Assembly: GCA_964016885.1 (NCBI GenBank)
Contig: OZ024743.1
Span: forward strand, 260,772,001-260,836,000
Source: Eledone cirrhosa
Taxonomy: Eukaryota
DNA: 64,000 nt
Reading direction: 5' to 3'
Part shown: positions 39,014 to 50,576 of the stretch, in pieces
Position numbering within the stretch: position 1 is the first letter of the stretch
Layout of the letters: each line of letters begins with the position of its first letter
Translations under genes and position numbers: made by a program
Notes under the pieces: model-generated
Database searches by the model: none
The model's input: the letters and a program-made list of their open reading frames with translations, nothing else
Told to the model about the DNA's origin: nothing

Positions 39014-42000
39014 CTATAGTCTGATGTAGAGTGAAGACCCATTCACACGGGCCATTCTCGCCACTTTCACCCATCTTTCATAGAAACGGCTGGGGTGCAG
39101 CACCTCTCTCTCCATCCTGATCCTTCTTCCGAAATGATATCGGAAGAAACGGACCAGTTGTTGGCCAGAGAGAAAGGTGCCTGACCTCAGTCCTTTCAGA
39201 CGCGTCCACCATACAACCTCTTTCGCCATGGCTATTACGCACAGAAACACCGCCTCTGCTTCATCTTTGAAGGGGGGAGGCGGCTTGATCATTACAATAG
39301 ACTCGGTGGTCAACCGGATCGGTCCCACCCTTGACAGCAGTTGTTCGACATAGCCCCACAGATCGGCTACGCCCGAGCAGTGTACCAATGCGTGTGCAAC
39401 GGTTTCCTCGTCGCACACGCATCTGGGACAGATCTTTTTGGCGGGGTCCCTACCCGGGCGCCCGTGTCTGTAGAGCCTTTCTCGAACGGGTAAAGCCCCT
39501 CGGTAGCACTGCCAGGCCAGGGACTTCTGGAAGTTGTCCATAGGTCCCGGGCTGAATGTCCTACCGAACAGGCTGGCCAGTTCGTCCTCCTCCATGTCTA
39601 GGGCTTCTCCGAGGGCGTCGTCGCACCTGCTGCGTACCAGCCCTCTATAGAATGTTGCGGTGGAGTCTCCACTGATAACCGGATCCGCCTGCCAGAGGGC
39701 GGTGAGCGCCTGGGCACACTCAGTGTGCCAGGCGCCCAGTTTTCTCGGTCTTTGCTTGACCCAGGATTGCAGCTCGGTGAGTGAGACGAGTCTGGGAAAG
39801 GTTCGCCTCACAAACGAGGCCCACACCGGTTGTCCGGTGAGGAATACGTAGAGGTGCCGTAGCCTTAATGCGTGTTTACGCATCATTAGCCACGGCATCC
39901 CCAGCCCTCCTTTCGAAGGGTGTTGACAGCAGATGGATCTCCTCACCATAGGAGCCCGCCTCTTCCAAAGGAATTGGAAGAGCGCGCGCTCCATCTTGGT
40001 GAGGGTTTCCCTTGGGCAGGGCACTACGGTCAGGCGGTAGTAGATGACGGACGCTATGTAGGTGTTCGCCACCTCCGCCCGACCTTTCAGGGATAGTTTG
40101 CAACTGGCCCACTTCTGGGTCAGTGCAAACACCCTGTTCGTAACCTCCGCCCAGTTTTTCTCCACCTGGAGGTCCGGTCCGAACCAGACCCCGAGCAACT
40201 TCACCGGGCCCTCCGTCCAGCGTCCGACGACGCCATCGGAGGGCATCGGTCTGCCCCTCCACGTGCCGAGTTGCAAACCGATCGACTTGTCCCGGTTCAG
40301 CTTAGCCCCTGTGAACTTTTCGTACTCCTCCAGTAAGGTGCCGACCGCCTCGATTTCGGAGGCCGTCGACACCATTACTGTCACGTCATCGGCGTAGGCC
40401 GACACCGCTTTCCGCAATCCCGGTTCCAAAGGGATGCCCTGCAACAACTCCAACTTCCGCAGTAGTGGCTCGAGAGTCAACACATACAGAAGGGAGGAGA
40501 GAGGGCACCCCTGTCGGATGGACCGCGCGATTTTGAACGGCTCCGAGAGGTAGCCGTTCACCTTGACCCTAGAGCAGATGCGGCTGCTGTGCATAGCAGT
40601 GATCCAGCCCCTGAAAACGGGTCCGAAGCCTGCCGCCGCTAGCACCGCATCCAGGTAACCATGGTCGACCCTATCGAACGCCTTAGATTGATCCAAGTTG
40701 ATCAGAGCCCCACTAAAGCCGGGTTCGTTCCCAACCCTCTCTATGATGTATCGCATGAGGTGGAGGTTGTCATGGATGGACCTGGACGGGATAGCGCATG
40801 TCTGCGCATCTCCCACCAGGTTGCCCACGACAAGCGCCAACCTCTTTGCTAGCACCTTGGCCAAAATCTGTAACTCTGTATTTAGCAGAGTTATGGGCCT
40901 GAAGTTACTTATTTCGTCCCCCTTGTTCTCGTCCTTCCTCACTAGCGTGACTACGCCCTTGGTCACAGTACAGGGAATTCTCCCGTTCTGTTGCCAGTTG
41001 CAGTAGACCGCCTCGAGGAGATCGGGGAACAAGTCCGGCATAGCTAGATATAATTCGTAAGGAAGACCATCGAGACCCGGGGATTTGCGTTTGCCGCATT
41101 GGCTCAGCACGTCCTCTATCTCAGCGGCCGAAATCGGCTCCTCGCAGGACTTCGCCTCCCTGTCCGAGAGGCGCGGCAGGCCGTCGAGGTATGGACCGAA
41201 GTCCACGTTCCCAACCGGCTCCCCGCCCCTCCCGAACAGTCGGGCAAAGTGCCTTTGAAAGGCCTCACACATCTGCTTAGGCTCAAGAATCGCCCGTCCA
41301 TCCAGGTCTCGCAAAGACCGGATGGTGGATTTAGTTCCACTGTTGGCCTCTGTCACGCGGGCCCAGCTAACAGCTTTGGTCCCCTCGTTCCCTAGAGCAC
41401 GTATTTTACTTCGGACAACGCAGCCTTCGTGCTTCGCGTCGAAAAACTGGCTCAAAGCCGTTCTCGACGCTAGCACTCTGGCCACGTCGCCGCTTCTAAT
41501 TGCCTCTTCTACTCTATCTATTAGCTCCCTTTCCTTCCTATTCCTATCCGCAGCTAGAACCTTACTAAATTCTATCGAGACTACTCTAATCTCTCTCTTT
41601 AGAGATACCCACCACCTGCTGTTGACGATCGCTCCAGTCAACCGTTCCTTAACTAACGTACTAATCCGATTCCTGTAGGCTCTACTTGCCGGCAAGGACA
41701 AGTTGAGCTTCCAGTAACCGGGGCCCTGTCTATGAGTTCTGTCAAGGTTAACCATGCAGGTCACTAATTTGTGGTCTGAATAGCCAACCATGCGCATTTT
41801 TGGACAACTTAAAAAGTCCTTATCCTTAATTCTAACTAAGAACCTATCTAGGTACGACCTAGATGATCCGCTACGATTTGCCCAAGTCCAGGTTGGCGCA
41901 GTCGGAAAATCTAGTCGATATCTATCGGCCAGGTCAAATCGACCGATTAACCCTTTGAGGCTATTACACCCCTCTCTATCGGGGCAGGCCCCTACGTAGT

Positions 42001-42451
42001 CCCAGCGTGCATCTAGGATACCATTCCAGTCCCCCACTAATAGCAAGGAGCGGGACGTCCCCAGAAAAGTCTCCAGACGATGGAAGAAGTCCGGCCGCAT
42101 TGACCCGAAAGGGCCGTAGGCGGCTACCAACCTAAACGCTCCGCCTTTACCACTGCCAAGGTCCAGAACCACTAGTCGACCCTCCGGGTCCAAATGTACC
42201 ATCTGTGTTGCGAGACCCAGATGTTTTTGCAGCAGAACGACAACTCCACCCCCACCTCCGGGCTGACAGAGAGATGCGTGCATCTCAAAGTCATCAAAGG
42301 TGGGGGCCAGCTGTCGCACGTTGCTGATCCGGGCCTCGCAAATAACCATCACATCTATACGTTGTGACCTGAGGTCATTTAGAAGCATTGCTTGCTTCCA
42401 AGTTGAGCCCAGGCCACGCGCATTTAAACAGCCTACTCTTAGCATAGCCAT
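39014..42451 (-). CDS. Retrotransposon ORF2: APE endonuclease, reverse transcriptase and C-terminal Cys/His motif
   Basis: APE motifs LNARGL, GDWN, YLDRF, SDH. RT motifs SPGLDG, FRPITLLN, KAFDRVDH, RQGCPLS, YADD. C-terminal CPRC..ETVAHALVHC. First ATG at 42451 and the frame is uninterrupted. Confidence 0.95.
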   Translation of the reverse strand: MAMLRVGCLNARGLGSTWKQAMLLNDLRSQRIDVMVICEARISNVRQLAPTFDDFEMHASLCQPGGGGGVVVLLQKHLGLATQMVHLDPEGRLVVLDLGSGKGGAFRLVAAYGPFGSMRPDFFHRLETFLGTSRSLLLVGDWNGILDARWDYVGACPDREGCNSLKGLIGRFDLADRYRLDFPTAPTWTWANRSGSSRSYLDRFLVRIKDKDFLSCPKMRMVGYSDHKLVTCMVNLDRTHRQGPGYWKLNLSLPASRAYRNRISTLVKERLTGAIVNSRWWVSLKREIRVVSIEFSKVLAADRNRKERELIDRVEEAIRSGDVARVLASRTALSQFFDAKHEGCVVRSKIRALGNEGTKAVSWARVTEANSGTKSTIRSLRDLDGRAILEPKQMCEAFQRHFARLFGRGGEPVGNVDFGPYLDGLPRLSDREAKSCEEPISAAEIEDVLSQCGKRKSPGLDGLPYELYLAMPDLFPDLLEAVYCNWQQNGRIPCTVTKGVVTLVRKDENKGDEISNFRPITLLNTELQILAKVLAKRLALVVGNLVGDAQTCAIPSRSIHDNLHLMRYIIERVGNEPGFSGALINLDQSKAFDRVDHGYLDAVLAAAGFGPVFRGWITAMHSSRICSRVKVNGYLSEPFKIARSIRQGCPLSSLLYVLTLEPLLRKLELLQGIPLEPGLRKAVSAYADDVTVMVSTASEIEAVGTLLEEYEKFTGAKLNRDKSIGLQLGTWRGRPMPSDGVVGRWTEGPVKLLGVWFGPDLQVEKNWAEVTNRVFALTQKWASCKLSLKGRAEVANTYIASVIYYRLTVVPCPRETLTKMERALFQFLWKRRAPMVRRSICCQHPSKGGLGMPWLMMRKHALRLRHLYVFLTGQPVWASFVRRTFPRLVSLTELQSWVKQRPRKLGAWHTECAQALTALWQADPVISGDSTATFYRGLVRSRCDDALGEALDMEEDELASLFGRTFSPGPMDNFQKSLAWQCYRGALPVRERLYRHGRPGRDPAKKICPRCVCDEETVAHALVHCSGVADLWGYVEQLLSRVGPIRLTTESIVMIKPPPPFKDEAEAVFLCVIAMAKEVVWWTRLKGLRSGTFLSGQQLVRFFRYHFGRRIRMEREVLHPSRFYERWVKVARMARVNGSSLYIRL

Positions 42452-42516
42452 GTTGGTGGTGAAGAGAAAAGGCACTTACCTCTCTGCGTCCCGGGTATCG
42501 GGCTGCACAATTTCCA

Positions 42517-44043
42517 TTAGGGTGGGGGATGGGTTGTTGGGTGGGGTGGTGGTTTGTGGAAGTGTGGGGGCATCAGTGTGTTGTGTGGTTGGGGAGCTTG
42601 GAGTTGTGTGGGTGTTTGGGGAGGGGTGGGATAGTTTTTTAGGAGGACGCGGTTAATGGGCCCGACGCAGGGGGGACCCACGTCCTCTTTAAAATTGTTT
42701 TTTAAAGTTTTATAGGTGTCCTGTGGGGCCTTAATCATTTTGAGGTGGGGGAAATCCCCTGCCTGGGTGAAGTTAGGCCCTTGTGTTTTTATTAGATTGT
42801 TGTTGTACACAATGTTTAACAGTTTTTTGTTTCTTGTATTTATGTATGTGTATGCATGTTTTTGTTTTTGTGTGGTGTTTTTTGTTTGCTGTTGTGAGCT
42901 CTTTTGTGTTGGTGTCAGTGTTATGTTTTGGGGAGGGGTTTTTTTCATTTGTGTGTCTGAGGTGTGTTTTCTTTTTTTTCTTTTGATTGTGTGGAAGTGC
43001 TCCTCCTCGTCTGACGACGAACTAGGGTCATCTTCCGCGTTGGAGGGGAGGGGTATATTTTCGGGTTGTGTTTGCGGTACGGGTGTTTTGGAAATTGTTT
43101 TTGTTTTTTGAGTGGAGGGGATGGGTTGGACATTGTTTTGTTTTGGTTTGAGCTGTGGTGGTTGTTTTTGTAGTGGTAGTTGTGGTGATTGTGTTGGTTG
43201 TGCAGTTGTTGGTGGTGTAGGCAGGATTGGGGTTTTCTTATTAAGTTGGGGACAGACAGCCCTCAGGTGACCTCTGGTTCCGCAGAGGTAACACGAGGGC
43301 CGTCTACCCTCAACGGTAATGTTGATGAAGGTTAGATCATCCAGTATGACGCGTTCAGGGATCTGGGCGATCCTTTCGGGCCTCATTTGAACTACAAGTT
43401 CGAGGCTCGTTCCACTGAACGCGTCACCCGATGCCTTTCCCATGGACACCAGCATGTCATCCTCCAGGTCCAGAAAACCTGTCAAAACCCACCATATGTC
43501 CATAATCGGCAGGATGGTGTGGATTTTTATTTTCTGTGTTCTTCTACCCATGTACGTAGGGTAGAAGGTGTATGCGGTGGATGTGATTGGTTTGATGGAC
43601 AGTTTCACTGCTGTGTCCCTGTCCTTCATGAGAATGGATAGACTCCCGTAGAGTCTATCCTTCTGAATGAAGGTGATGTCCTTCATGACGTCTTTTAAAA
43701 CCAGCTCTATCTCGCTCTGTGATGGTTGAGCTGGTTTTTTACTTTTGTTCGAGATTGTCCTAAACATGACCGTGTTTAGGAGTCTCTGGCTTTTTAGTTC
43801 CGGGGGGGAATGGATTGTGAATGAACCATTTTCCCCGTACACTATATATTTTTTCGCATCCGCCAGTAGCTCCTTCGCTTTTGTTATATCTACTGGCAGA
43901 TAGTCGAGGGTTTTCCTTGTCGTCTCGGCGAAGGAGAAATTTTGTTTGTTTGTGTTGTTGTTGTTGTCGTTGGTGGTGTTGTTGTTATCATTGTTGTTGT
44001 TGTCACCGTTATTGGTCTTGTTGTTGTTGTTATTGTTATTGTT
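42517..44043 (-). CDS. Retrotransposon ORF1 (gag-like zinc knuckle), 5'-truncated
   Basis: CX2CX4HX4C knuckle CYLCGTRGHLRAVC and a KRKKRK basic motif. The frame stays open upstream of the called GTG (…FAETTRKTLDYLPVDITKAKELLADAKKYIVYGEN, homologous to copy 2) up to the junction at 44043. The C-terminal frame is uncertain. Confidence 0.85.
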   Translation of the reverse strand, partial: NNNNNNNNKTNNGDNNNNDNNNTTNDNNNNTNKQNFSFAETTRKTLDYLPVDITKAKELLADAKKYIVYGENGSFTIHSPPELKSQRLLNTVMFRTISNKSKKPAQPSQSEIELVLKDVMKDITFIQKDRLYGSLSILMKDRDTAVKLSIKPITSTAYTFYPTYMGRRTQKIKIHTILPIMDIWWVLTGFLDLEDDMLVSMGKASGDAFSGTSLELVVQMRPERIAQIPERVILDDLTFINITVEGRRPSCYLCGTRGHLRAVCPQLNKKTPILPTPPTTAQPTQSPQLPLQKQPPQLKPKQNNVQPIPSTQKTKTISKTPVPQTQPENIPLPSNAEDDPSSSSDEEEHFHTIKRKKRKHTSDTQMKKTPPQNITLTPTQKSSQQQTKNTTQKQKHAYTYINTRNKKLLNIVYNNNLIKTQGPNFTQAGDFPHLKMIKAPQDTYKTLKNNFKEDVGPPCVGPINRVLLKNYPTPPQTPTQLQAPQPHNTLMPPHFHKPPPHPTTHPPP

Positions 44044-44066
44044 AGATAGATAGATAGATAGATAGA
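44044..44066. repeat. (AGAT)n tract separating the two Tx1 copies
   Basis: Seen directly in the sequence. Confidence 0.95.
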
Positions 44067-44295
44067 TTTCTATTTATTTGCCACGAGGGCACAAAAGAAG
44101 GGGACAAATACACAGTGGGGGAGTTTACATAAATCGAGTAAAGAAAAAGGAATAACAATAATAATATAATAATAAAAAGTCCTCAAAAGGGAGGGGGCGT
44201 GTTCGGGATTGCACATACCCCCGAAAAGTGTGCAACCCTTTTCGCAGGGGAAGCCCAGAGAGGAGGCGCTCCCCCTTTCCTCTTCACTTCTTCAC

Positions 44296-47200
44296 CTACA
44301 GAACAATGTAGAGAGAAGGCCCATTTACACGAGCCATTCTCGCTTCTTTCACCCACCTTTCATAAAACTGTCTGGGGCCAAGCACTTCTCTCTCCATCCT
44401 GATCCTTCTTCCGAAGTGGTATCGGAAGAAGTAAACCAGGTGATGGCCGGAGAGAAAGTCACCCGACCTCAGACCTTTCAGGCGCGTCCACCACACAACC
44501 TCTTTCATCATGGCTATTACGCACAGAAAGACCGCTTCTGCTTCGTTTCTGAAGGGAGGAGGCGGCTTGATGTTCACCACAGACTCGGCGGTTAATCGAA
44601 TCGGCGCCACACGCGACAGCAGTCGTTCGACGTAGCCCCACAGATCGGCAACGCCCGGGCAGTGTACCAGTGCATGCGCAACGGTTTCCTCGTCGCTCAC
44701 GCATCTGGGACAGATCTTTTTCGCTGGATCCCTGCCCGGGCGCCCGTGTCTGTAGAGCTTTTCTCGAACGGGCAGAGCCCCCCGGTAACACTGCCAGGCT
44801 AGGGACCTCTGGAAGTTGTCCATGGGTCCCGGGCCGAAAGTTCTACCGAACAGGCTGGCCAGTTCGTCCTCCTCCATGCCTAGCGACTCTCCAAGGGTGT
44901 CGTCGCCCCTGCTAGCCACCAGCCCTCTATAGAATGTCGAGGTGGATTCTCCACTGACAGTCGGGTCCGCTTGCCAGATAGCCGTGAGCGCCTGGGCACA
45001 CTCGGTGTGCCAGTTGCCCAGTTTTCTCGGTCTTTGCTTCACCCAGGATTGCAGCTCGGTGAGTGAGACGAGCTGTGGGAAGGCTCGCCTCACAAACGGG
45101 GCCCACACCGGCTGACCGGTGAGGAATACCTGTAGATGCCGTAGCCTCAATGCGTGCCTACGCATCAACAGCCACGGCATACCCAGCCCTCCTTTCGAAG
45201 GGTGCTGGCAGCAGATGGATCTCCTCACCATGGGAGGCCGCTTTTTCCAGAGGAACTGGAAGAGCATGCGTTCCATGATGGTGATCTTTTCCTTGGGGCA
45301 AGGCACGACGGTCAGGCGGTAGCAGATGACGGACGCTATGTAAGCGTTCGTCACCTCCGCCCGACCTTTCAGTGATAGTTTGCACTTGGCCCACTTCTGG
45401 GTCAGCGCAAACACCCTGCTCGTCACCTCGCCCCAATTCTTCTCCACCTGGAGGTCCGGTCCGAACCAGACCCCGAGCAGCTTCACCGGGCCCTCCGTCC
45501 ACCGCCCGACGACACCGTCTAACGGCATCGGTTTGCCCCTCCACGTTCCGAGTTGCAAACCGACTGACTTGTCCCGGTTCAGCCTAGCCCCCGTCAGCCT
45601 TTCGTATTCCTCCAGTAGGGTGGCGATCGCCCCGATTTCCGAGGCGTCCGCCACCATTACTGTTACGTCGTCGGCATAGGCCGAGACCGCTTTGTGCAAT
45701 CCCGGTTCCAGGGGTATGCCCCGCAGCAACTCCAACTTCCGCAGCAGTGGCTCGAGAGTCAATACGTACAGAAGGGAGGAGAGGGGGCACCCCTGTCTGA
45801 TGGACCGGGTGATTTGAAACGGCTCCGAGAGGTAACCGTTTACTTTAATCCTAGAGTAGATGTTGCCACTGTGCATGGTAGAAATCCAGCCCCTGAAAAC
45901 GGGTCCGAAGCCCGCCGCCGCTAGCACCGCTTCCAGGTAACCATGGTCGACCCTATCGAACGCCTTAGATTGATCCAAGTTGATCAGGGCCCCACCAAAG
46001 CCGGGTTCGTTGCCAACCCTCTCTATGATGTATCGCATGAGGTGGAGGTTGTCGTGAATGGACCTGGACGGGATAGCGCATGTCTGCGCGTCTCCCACCA
46101 AACCACCCACCACAAGCGCCAACCTCTTCGCCAACACCTTGGCCAAAATCTGTAACTCTGCATTCAGCAGAGTTATGGGCCTAAAGTTACTTAAGTCGTC
46201 CCCCTTGCTCTCGTCCTTCCTCACTAGCGTGACCACGCCCTTGGTCACAGAACAGGGAATTCTCCCGTTCTGTTGCCAGTTGCAATAGACAGCCTCGAGG
46301 AGTTCGGAGAACAAGACCGGCATAGCTAAATAAAGTTCGTATGGTAGACCATCGAGACCCGGAGATTTGCGTCTGCTGCATTGGCTGAGCGCTTCCCCGA
46401 TTTCAGTGGCTGTGATTGGCCTTTCGCAGCACTCCGCTTCGCCGCTCGAAAGATGCGGTAGACCGTCGAGGTATGGACCGAAGTCCACATCCCCGTCCGG
46501 CCCCCCGCCCCCTCCGAACAGTCGAGCAAAGTGCCTTTGAAAGGCCTCGCACATCCGCTCAGGTTCAAGGATCACCCGTCCATCCTGGTCTCGCAAAGAC
46601 CGAATGGTGGATTTAATCCCACTCTTGGCTTCTGTCACGCGGGCCCAGCTAACAGCTTTGGTCCCCTCGTTTCCTAAAGCACGTATTTTACTTCGGACAA
46701 CGCAGCCTTCGTGCTTCGCGTCAAAGAACTGGCTCAACGCCGTTCTCGCCGCTAACACTCTGGCTACGTCTCCGCTCCTAATCGCCTCTTCTAGTTTATC
46801 TGTTAACTCCCTTTCCTTCCTATTTCTATTCGCCGCTAGTTCCTTACTGTAACCTATCGAACTTACTCTAATCTCTCTCTTTAGAGATACCCACCACCTA
46901 TTGTTGACGATCGCTCCCGTCAACCGCATCTTAACTAAGCTACTAATCCGGTTCCTGTAATCTTTCTTTGCCGGCAAGGACAAGTTCATCTTCCAGTAAC
47001 CGGGACCCTGTCTATGCGTTCTATCAAGGTTGACCACGCAGGTCACTAATTTGTGATCTGAATAGCCAACCATGATCAATTCTGGACAACTAAATACGTC
47101 CCTATCCTTACCCCTAACCAAAAACCTATCTAGGTACGATCTAGATTGTCCACTGCGGTTTGCCCAGGTCCAGGTTGGCGCAGTTGGACAATCTAGACGA

Positions 47201-47738
47201 AATCTATCGACCAGGTCGAATCGATCGAGTAACCCCTTGAGGCTGCTACACCCCCCTCTATCGGGACATGCCCCTGCATAGTCCCAACGCGCATCTAGGA
47301 TTCCATTCCAGTCCCCCACTAAAAGCAGGGAACGCGACGTTCCTAGAAAAGTCTCCAGACGCTGGAAGAAGTCGGCTCTTTCCGCCCCGAAGGGGGCATA
47401 AAGACCGACCAGTCTGAAAGCCCCGCCTTCACCGCCCCCGACGTCCAGCACCAGTAATCGACTCCCCGAGTCCGAGTGAACAATCTGTACGTCGAGAGCC
47501 AGACGTTTATCCAGCAGTACGGCAACTCCCCCCCCCCCCCCCCGCCACCGCCTCCGGGTTGACAGAGAGATGCGTGCATCTCAAAGTCATCGAAGGCGGG
47601 CGCCAGCTGTCTCACGCTGCTGATCCGACTCTCGCAAACAACCATCACATCTATACTTTGTGACCTGAGGTCATTTAGAAGATTTGCTTGCTTCCAAGCT
47701 GAGCCCAGGCCACGCGCGTTCAAACAGCCAACTCTCAA
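44296..47738 (-). CDS. Retrotransposon ORF2 (APE and RT), one frameshift in the C16 run at 47528-47543
   Basis: ORFs 47343..47738 and 44296..47451 join into a protein collinear with copy 1 ORF2, with the same APE, RT and YADD motifs. Confidence 0.9.
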
Positions 47739-47778
47739 TTGATCTATTTTGGTGTTGAAAGTGAAGAAAGAAAAGCAC

Positions 47779-49576
47779 CTACCTCTCTGGGTTGTGTAAT
47801 TTCCATGGCATCAGGTGTGTTGGGTGGAGGGATGTTTTGTGGTGGTGTGGGGTACCCGTGTGTGGTGGGGTTGGGGTATTTGGAGTTGTGTCAGGGAGAG
47901 GGGCGGTTATGGGGAAATCTTTCAAGAGGACGCGATTTAACGGTTTTAAACAGGGGGGGGGGGGGCTCACGTCCCGTCTAAATTGTTCTTTTAAGGAACG
48001 ATAAAGGTCCAGAGGGACCTTTATCATTTTTAAATGGGTGAAGTTCTCTGTTGAGATAAAGTTTGGCCCTTCGATCTGCACCATAGGGTTATTGTTTATT
48101 AATTTAACCAGTTTTTTGTTTTCTTTATTTATATATGTGTATTGCAACGTCTTTTTTTGTGATGCTGTCAATGTTTCGGAGAGGGGAGGCGCAGATTTAT
48201 TTTTGTTTGTTGAGGGTGGGGTGTTTTTGATTAGAGTTGGGGTTTGTGTGTGGGTTATTTGTGGTGTGCTGGGTGTGTGTTTTCTTTTTTTTCTTTTAAC
48301 TTGTCTGAAGGCTTCTCCTCCTTCTTCTTCAGAAGTTGGGGGGAACTCTTCAGCGCTAGGTGGGAGGGACGTGTTGTGAGGTTGTTTTTTTTTTGCGGGA
48401 GGGGTAGATTTGTTACTGTTTTTTTTATTATTTGTTTGGAATGGGTTTTGTGGTGGTGGTGGTAATGTTTGTGTCGTGCTTGTGGTTGGTGATGGTGGTG
48501 GTGATGTTTGTGTTGTGGTTGGTGGTGGTGATTTTTGTATCGTGCTTGTGTTTGGTGCTGGTGATGTTTGTGTTGTGTTTGTGGTTGGTGGTGTCTGTAT
48601 TTTGTTTGCTGTGTGTGGTATTAGTGTATTTTTGGAGGTGGGTGGTGTTGGTGTACTGTTTGTGGTGGGTGTGGGCAATAGTCCTTTTTGGGGGATACGT
48701 TTCGGGCAGTTAGCCTTAACGTGTCCCCTTTCCATGCATAAATAGCATGCTGGTCTTCTCCCCTCTACAATTATGTCTATTGGGGTAAGGTCATCCAGCC
48801 AGATGCGATCCGGGATTTGTGCTATTCTTTCGGGCCTTATTTGGACTAGTATGTCGAGGCCCATTCCCAGGAACGCATCTCCAGTTGCCTTCCCCATTGA
48901 CAGCATTGTGTCTTCGCCCATGTCTATGAAGCCAGCAATAGCCCACCAGAAGTCCATTGTGGGCAGCATTGTTTTTACTTTTACTCTCTGTGTTCTTCTA
49001 CCCATGTAGGAGGGATAGAAGCTGTATGTTGTCGATGAGAGTGGGCTTAGGGAAAGCTTCTCCGCCGTTTCCTTGTCTTTTGTTAAGACCGAAATGCTGC
49101 CATAGAGTCGGTCCTTTCGTATGAAGAGAATATTCTTCATATAGTCTTTTAGGACCAACTCTATTTCCATTTGGCTGGGCTGTGCTGGCTTTCTTGTCTG
49201 GTTCAGTATAGTTCTGAAGAGAACTGTGTTCTCTGTTCTTTCTTTCTTGAATTCTGGGGGGGGGGTTAATGGAAAACATTCCGTTCTCCCCCAAAACAAT
49301 GTGTTTCTTTGCTTCGGCCAGTTTTTCTCTGGCGGCAGTTAGGTCAATTGGTGTGTATGTAATGGATTGTTTTGTTTTCTGGGCGAAAGTTGCCCTGTTG
49401 TTATTTGTATTATTTTCTGTTTGTTTGTTTTCCGTTTGCTCATTTTCCTTAACATTTGTTTTTTCATTTTCTTTGTTTGTTTCATTGTCTAATTTTGTTG
49501 TAATTATTTTTTGTTCTTCAGACTTGGGGGGCGTGGCAGAGCTAATGGCAGACATGTCTGCCATCTTTTCCGCCAT
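47779..49576 (-). CDS. Retrotransposon ORF1 (zinc knuckle), one frameshift in the G10 run at 49256-49265
   Basis: ATG at 49576 (MAEKMADMS…KHIVLGENGMFSINPPP) joins PPEFKKERTENTVLFRT…CYLCMERGHVKANC…KRKKRK and is homologous to copy 1 ORF1. Confidence 0.85.
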
Positions 49577-49777
49577 GCTGCCAAGAAAGAAATTTTTCGG
49601 CAAAAATAGATATTTATTTTACCCCCTAAAAAGGGGGTAAATGCAAAAATGTTTCCCTAAATAACAGGGGTTAGTGTTCCAAATGTGTTGCACTGAAAAA
49701 TGTATCCGGTACTTACAATAGTAAGGGTAAATCCCGATGGAATAGCGGAGCCGATGTGAAGCGTGTCTTACTCTATC

Positions 49778-49779
<2 letters not shown>

Positions 49780-49814
<35 letters not shown>
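49780..49814. repeat. (GATA)n microsatellite, 5' flank of Tx1 copy 2
   Basis: Seen directly in the sequence. Confidence 0.95.
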
Positions 49815-50071
49815 GATGTTTTTATGTTCCAAATTCCAATAAATATGTTTGTCTGTTAATTATATATGCTTAGTGTGTCATTTCTTCAGTGAGTCACCTG
49901 TTCTGCGTTGTACCCTCTACTCCTAATATGTGGTCTACACATTCATTTGCTCAGTGTGCGGTTCTTGTGGTCCGTCGTTGTTTATGAGCCTTTTTCTCTG
50001 TGGTGCTCTCTGTGGATTTCTCTATATTTCTCTATATCTACATCGCTCTCGTTCGCCCATTCTTTCTATGT

Positions 50072-50199
<128 letters not shown>

Positions 50200-50314
50200 G
50201 TTCTTGCTACTTCTTCCTTCTACATATTTTGATGCCACCCTTAATATTTCAAGTTTCTGAAAACACAAACACATTTTTTCTGATCGTACATCATATATAT
50301 ATGGCTCTGTCTCA

Positions 50315-50376
<62 letters not shown>

Positions 50377-50576
50377 ACTATCTCCTGTGATTATTCATGT
50401 TTATTTATATGTTAATCAATTTCTAGTTATTATAAAATGCTCGGACCTACTCGTTAGAATCTTAGAGCTTATTTTGCGGGTGATATGGCGCATGTCTTTC
50501 TGGCATGACACCCATAATTTTGATTTAGATTAAATTCATTTGATTTATCTTAATTTTGGATATATATATATATATA

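Larger units (their letters stand above)
44067..49779 (-). mobile_element. L1/Tx1-type non-LTR retrotransposon, copy 2 (apparently full length)
   Basis: About 200 nt of 5' UTR, ORF1, ORF2 and a 3' UTR ending GGCAAATAAATAGAA then (ATCT)n. (ATCT)n is also immediately 5' of the element. Confidence 0.92.

Noticed and set aside
39331-49640. Many + strand and alternative-frame ORFs overlapping the Tx1 elements
   Set aside because: They are shadows of the GC-richer ORF1/ORF2 coding sequence with no recognisable domains.
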